Shown in pieces: positions 61,401-64,000 of a stretch of DNA of 64,000 bases. A program made the translations under genes and the position numbers. Position 1 is the stretch's first letter, and each line of letters begins with the position of its first letter. Below the pieces are notes generated by a model. It did no database searches and was not told the DNA's origin. It was given only the letters and a program-made list of their open reading frames with translations. Source of the DNA: a candidate division WOR-3 bacterium (GTDB lineage Bacteria; Hydrothermota; UBA3072); contig JAFGHJ010000013.1 in NCBI GenBank assembly GCA_016930175.1, positions 164,745 through 228,744 on the forward strand. Reading direction: 5' to 3'.

Positions 61401-64000
61401 TCTTTGGTACTGATAACTTTTTTGACAAGTGTATTTTCGACTCTGAATTTTCCTTCTGGTGTTTTAGTTTTAACCGAGTGATATTCTCTTTTTATCAGTT
61501 TAACAGTTAACGGGATTCCTTTTAAAGCTTCTCCTTCAGGTGATGATACTATAACCGATGCTTTCAAAATATCCTTTGCCGCGATTATCCAGTCGTTGAG
61601 TTTTATTCCGATAAGCCGTTTGTCCGGCAGCACCGTAATACTTTTGTTTACTGAGGAAGTTTGTCTTGAAACGTCTGTTACCTCCACATCGCAAAGATAA
61701 GTCATATTATAAGGAACATCATCTCGTCGAAGAGTAATGGTTTTGGAAGCTTTGCCGGTTTCATCCAGCTCTATGGTTTCGCGTAGGTAGCTGCCGCTGA
61801 TCGAAGATTTTTCTTCCTGCAGGTAGTAGGGGACGCCGAAGGAAAATCCTTCCCAGCCTTCCGGTCTGAAATATGTCCTTCGGCGAGTTATATTGAGGGA
61901 TGAAGATGCTTTTGCCATAGGTGCGCCGAAATAATAATTTCCTTCCCATGAAATTCTAAAGGGTTCTCCGGGTAAAACTATTTTCTTATTGACATCCATT
62001 TTGACTTCGAACTCCGGCACTCTAAATTCAGCCAATCTGAAATTACCGTAAAATCTTAAATTGTGTTTTGTGTTTTCTGCAGTTATATTGTAATAACCGA
62101 GGGGTTGTCCTTCTTTTGTGGGTATTTCAAGATCGAAAGTCCCGAATTCGTTCACTCTTACTTGTCCTATCTGTTTTTCTCCGCCGTGAGGATCCCGTAG
62201 CTTGACTTCGAAAGGCATTTCCTTTCCCGTTAGCAGTTTTCCGTAAAGAAGATATCTTACCACACCTTTTAATCTTACGGTATCGCCCGGACGATACAGA
62301 TGCTGATCTGAGAATATCGTCCCTCTGCATAGTGGTCTTTCCGCCTCCCAGTCTGAACTTATGCCGAAGTTCCAGAGAGAGGGGTTTCCTCCGCTTTCTG
62401 TATGGATAAAGGTCCAGTCATCGTCTTTTTCCGCTACTATTAAAAGCGTTGGCGGTTCGGCAAATCCAAATCTTTCCTGGTCATATAAAATGTCGTCAGG
62501 GTCGGCTTCCGGTGGATAAAGTTCATTCAATATTTTATTGCTTATTCTTCTTTTTGTACATTTTTGCATTTGTGAGCTTGAAAGAGTTAGCAATCCTTCG
62601 GAATCCGTTGCTCCTTCGAAACAGGGGGCAATCCTGCTTATATTTTTATCGGTAATGAGGTCCCATATTCTCTCGAGTCTCGGAAGGTCGTCTTCTCTGT
62701 ATATTTTGATTTTTGCCTTATCAATGGGTTTTCCGTCAGTTAATTGGTTTAATTTGATTATACCTCCGGTTGGATGTAACTGGGTGTATATTCCGATATT
62801 AGTTCTGAGAATCAAGCCGTTAAATGTTATGGGATTACTATAGCATTTTACTTGAGGAGAGGTGAATCTGTAAGCGACCGCGCCAAATTTTCCGGCTCGC
62901 AGATAAGGTCCCAGATCGAAATAGGCTTTACCGACTTTTACATCATTTAGTTTGATATCCTGACGCAGTTCTTCCGTTCTTAGATTATTAATAAGATCAT
63001 CTATTGAGTAGTAATAGTTTAATCTTTCTCTGACCAAAATATCTTTGGGTTCTAATCCCTGTATAATAAAGAAACTTTTATCTATATTAACCGTTTTTAT
63101 TCCCAGTTTGGGCTCTATGTTGGGTGTTATAATTTGATACCCGCTCGGACCCCACATTTTCGGAGTTAGTTCTCCTGTTGTAAAAGAAATTTGCTGAGGG
63201 TTTCCTAACTTCTGTCCGTAAATGTCTGTGAGATCGGCTCTCAGGTTTACAGTATATTTCGTATTGGGTTCTAATAGATTATCATCGACCCCGAGGTCGT
63301 AAGCTATATAGCAATCGGAGTAATTCCTTAATGGATTTTCCTCTGCTTTTGGGCTGATAATAACATTTTTCTCTGCGCTTTCCCACTCCGGCTCATTTGT
63401 GAAAGCTATATATGGAGGTGTTGTAAGTTTATATCCACAGTGATCACAGAAGCCGGATTGAATAAATCTAAAAGGAGGATAGGTGGTGAAAATCGTTGTG
63501 TATTCTCTTTCCGTCGGTCTGTTTCCTCTTTCAGTCATTACTCCCGGATTTATTATAACTGTATAGCGGGTGTCTTTTTTTAATTCTCTTACAGGTTTTA
63601 ATATATAATTGTATCTTAAACTATACATTCCGATGTCCTGTTCATCTTCAGGGTTTTTTTCATGTTCCAGAAATTTGTAATTTACTTTTCTTTTTGTTTC
63701 GGTTTCGAAGAATTCTATTTTATTTTTTAGAGATTCTAAATTTAAAGAGGTGTTGCTTGTTATGTAAACTTCCTGGTCTAATTTAATGTGATGTGAACCA
63801 TTATATGGACTAATATTTATATCCGGTAGAGGAGTTTTAAATTCCCAGCTAAAATCTTCCGAAAGTGTATTTCCTGCAATATCTTTTATTCCTTTTTTAA
63901 CTGTTACAATATAATACGTAGCCATTGGAAGGCTGTGTTCCGGTTCAAATACCACGCCAGAAGTTCCGAGAATCCTGAATTTTCCTTCGATAGGAGGTTC
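58439..64000 (-). CDS. bacterial alpha-2-macroglobulin family protein with intact thioester, N-terminus outside the window
   Basis: More than 1850 aa. Thioester motif GCLEQ at 59909-59920 (EYPYGCLEQTSS). MG-domain repeats. The frame is open to the window edge. Paired with the downstream pbpC, as in the yfhM-pbpC operons. Confidence 0.9.
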   Translation of the reverse strand, partial: EPPIEGKFRILGTSGVVFEPEHSLPMATYYIVTVKKGIKDIAGNTLSEDFSWEFKTPLPDINISPYNGSHHIKLDQEVYITSNTSLNLESLKNKIEFFETETKRKVNYKFLEHEKNPEDEQDIGMYSLRYNYILKPVRELKKDTRYTVIINPGVMTERGNRPTEREYTTIFTTYPPFRFIQSGFCDHCGYKLTTPPYIAFTNEPEWESAEKNVIISPKAEENPLRNYSDCYIAYDLGVDDNLLEPNTKYTVNLRADLTDIYGQKLGNPQQISFTTGELTPKMWGPSGYQIITPNIEPKLGIKTVNIDKSFFIIQGLEPKDILVRERLNYYYSIDDLINNLRTEELRQDIKLNDVKVGKAYFDLGPYLRAGKFGAVAYRFTSPQVKCYSNPITFNGLILRTNIGIYTQLHPTGGIIKLNQLTDGKPIDKAKIKIYREDDLPRLERIWDLITDKNISRIAPCFEGATDSEGLLTLSSSQMQKCTKRRISNKILNELYPPEADPDDILYDQERFGFAEPPTLLIVAEKDDDWTFIHTESGGNPSLWNFGISSDWEAERPLCRGTIFSDQHLYRPGDTVRLKGVVRYLLYGKLLTGKEMPFEVKLRDPHGGEKQIGQVRVNEFGTFDLEIPTKEGQPLGYYNITAENTKHNLRFYGNFRLAEFRVPEFEVKMDVNKKIVLPGEPFRISWEGNYYFGAPMAKASSSLNITRRRTYFRPEGWEGFSFGVPYYLQEEKSSISGSYLRETIELDETGKASKTITLRRDDVPYNMTYLCDVEVTDVSRQTSSVNKSITVLPDKRLIGIKLNDWIIAAKDILKASVIVSSPEGEALKGIPLTVKLIKREYHSVKTKTPEGKFRVENTLVKKVISTKEIISTITPREFTFSPEEAGSYFVLAELTENPNSGTAAAASVWVAGESYVPWEETGEDKLEIIMDKDEYKVGDTVKAFIKSPFPEAELFITVCREKILLKDSKKIKGGGFTYNFVVTEDMLPNAYVGAVLYRLGEAIVPVEEETGKHMEKIGFKDFNVSISDKYLQVEITPSSKKLRPAEELNVDIKVTRTDRKGHRSELTVMIVDEAVLSLTGYTPPDLVQIVYAHRGLSARITDNRPFIITKEELLQKGYGYGGGAERMVGGPMVRKKFLKLAYYNPHLVTDKNGQAHFSFKLPDNLTTWRIMVVSIGENDLFGYKDEKVVATQPFVLRPILPRFARIGDEFNSGVAITNSTEGEGVVKVSAELSGESIILNQNEAQTSETAIKSGQSTTILFPFKAACKGESTLKFTAYFTGTFGGEKIKESDAVQTTLMVKELLATETVVAVGETKEEAEQAIKVDESVRKDMGGLEVTLSSTALTNIGEGAKYLVEYPYGCLEQTSSRLLALVQLKFLSDKYSFELEAVKPVDKVIEANIRKILLMQNSDGGFKFWPTSWRSDCYLSPYVAYLFKRCEDLGYKIPDDAKNELLNFLEYTLRNPCYPFFSWKALAEYRINILLGMHYLDKNDETYFEEYFNRRNELSFGAQISLAFLLYKSGRWEKEAQTLLKEIKNGMFVTAQTAHFESPKDLPPSWLFMYSPIITTADATKLFLEMEPESEFISKFARYMLNARKNGRWRYTYENAKAMDALVEISLKREAEPPKYSADLFIAGEKILTHMFKGHQYKPFEEFIPIAKLPEGLAKIELSKKGSGYLYYVLSYSYRLKGAQASRNEGLTIKRTVRNKDTGKLIAEYENKPLVPVNIKAGDVLEVELEFKVKQTSYHLVIDDPIPSGLEAIDASLVTTSTRYDIDSQERTTIGGSWNPINHTELRDDRVALFSDMVKPGIYKYKYLLRATTSGYFLWPCSKVSLMYEPEQFGTSSEGFIKILNE

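Overview
The window is AT-rich bacterial DNA with sigma70-type promoters (TTGACA-17-TATAAT), and two secreted proteins carry T9SS (Por_Secre_tail) C-terminal domains, so it is probably an uncultured FCB-group bacterium. The first 14.6 kb is a conserved cell-division and cell-wall (dcw) cluster: murE (5' partial), murF, mraY, murD, ftsW, murG, murC, murB, ftsQ, ftsA, ftsZ, then ligA. Then comes a small accessory stretch: a lipoprotein with an NHL beta-propeller, a membrane protein, an orphan MNT antitoxin with a 13-codon remnant of its HEPN partner, a small membrane protein, an FAD oxidoreductase, an MtlR-like HEPN protein and two unknown proteins. Next are grpE-dnaK-dnaJ, an MFS transporter, an L,D-transpeptidase, an SDR epimerase, a ZIP transporter and trkH-trkA. 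They are followed by the nrnA/rbfA/DUF503/infB/nusA/rimP operon, a lysA-like decarboxylase, pyk and ogt. Then come a gingipain-like C25 peptidase with a T9SS tail, an outer-membrane beta-barrel, nadC, uvrB and a second T9SS cargo protein with a recent internal tandem duplication. The last part holds a UPF0316 protein, malic enzyme, a GxxExxY protein, class I fumarate hydratase alpha and beta, PBP1C and a thioester-containing alpha-2-macroglobulin that runs off the window. No tRNA, rRNA, CRISPR array, transposase or integrase was found. The most unusual signal is a family of at least 14 intergenic elements made of short-period (about 8-11 nt) imperfect tandem word repeats, and I did not recognise it as a described element. 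Typical words are cacagag, cacaaag, cactaag, ctaac and cgaaac, with C-rich ccctcccc blocks. The elements are strongly strand-asymmetric (CA-rich on one strand, GT-rich on the other). They share conserved cores such as TTAGCCACGAAGGCACTAAGACACAAAG, ATTCTCACACAAAGNCACTAAGACACAAAG and TTTTTGGNTGGTGGGGCGTT. They sit immediately after stop codons, in promoter regions and sometimes inside the ends of coding sequences.
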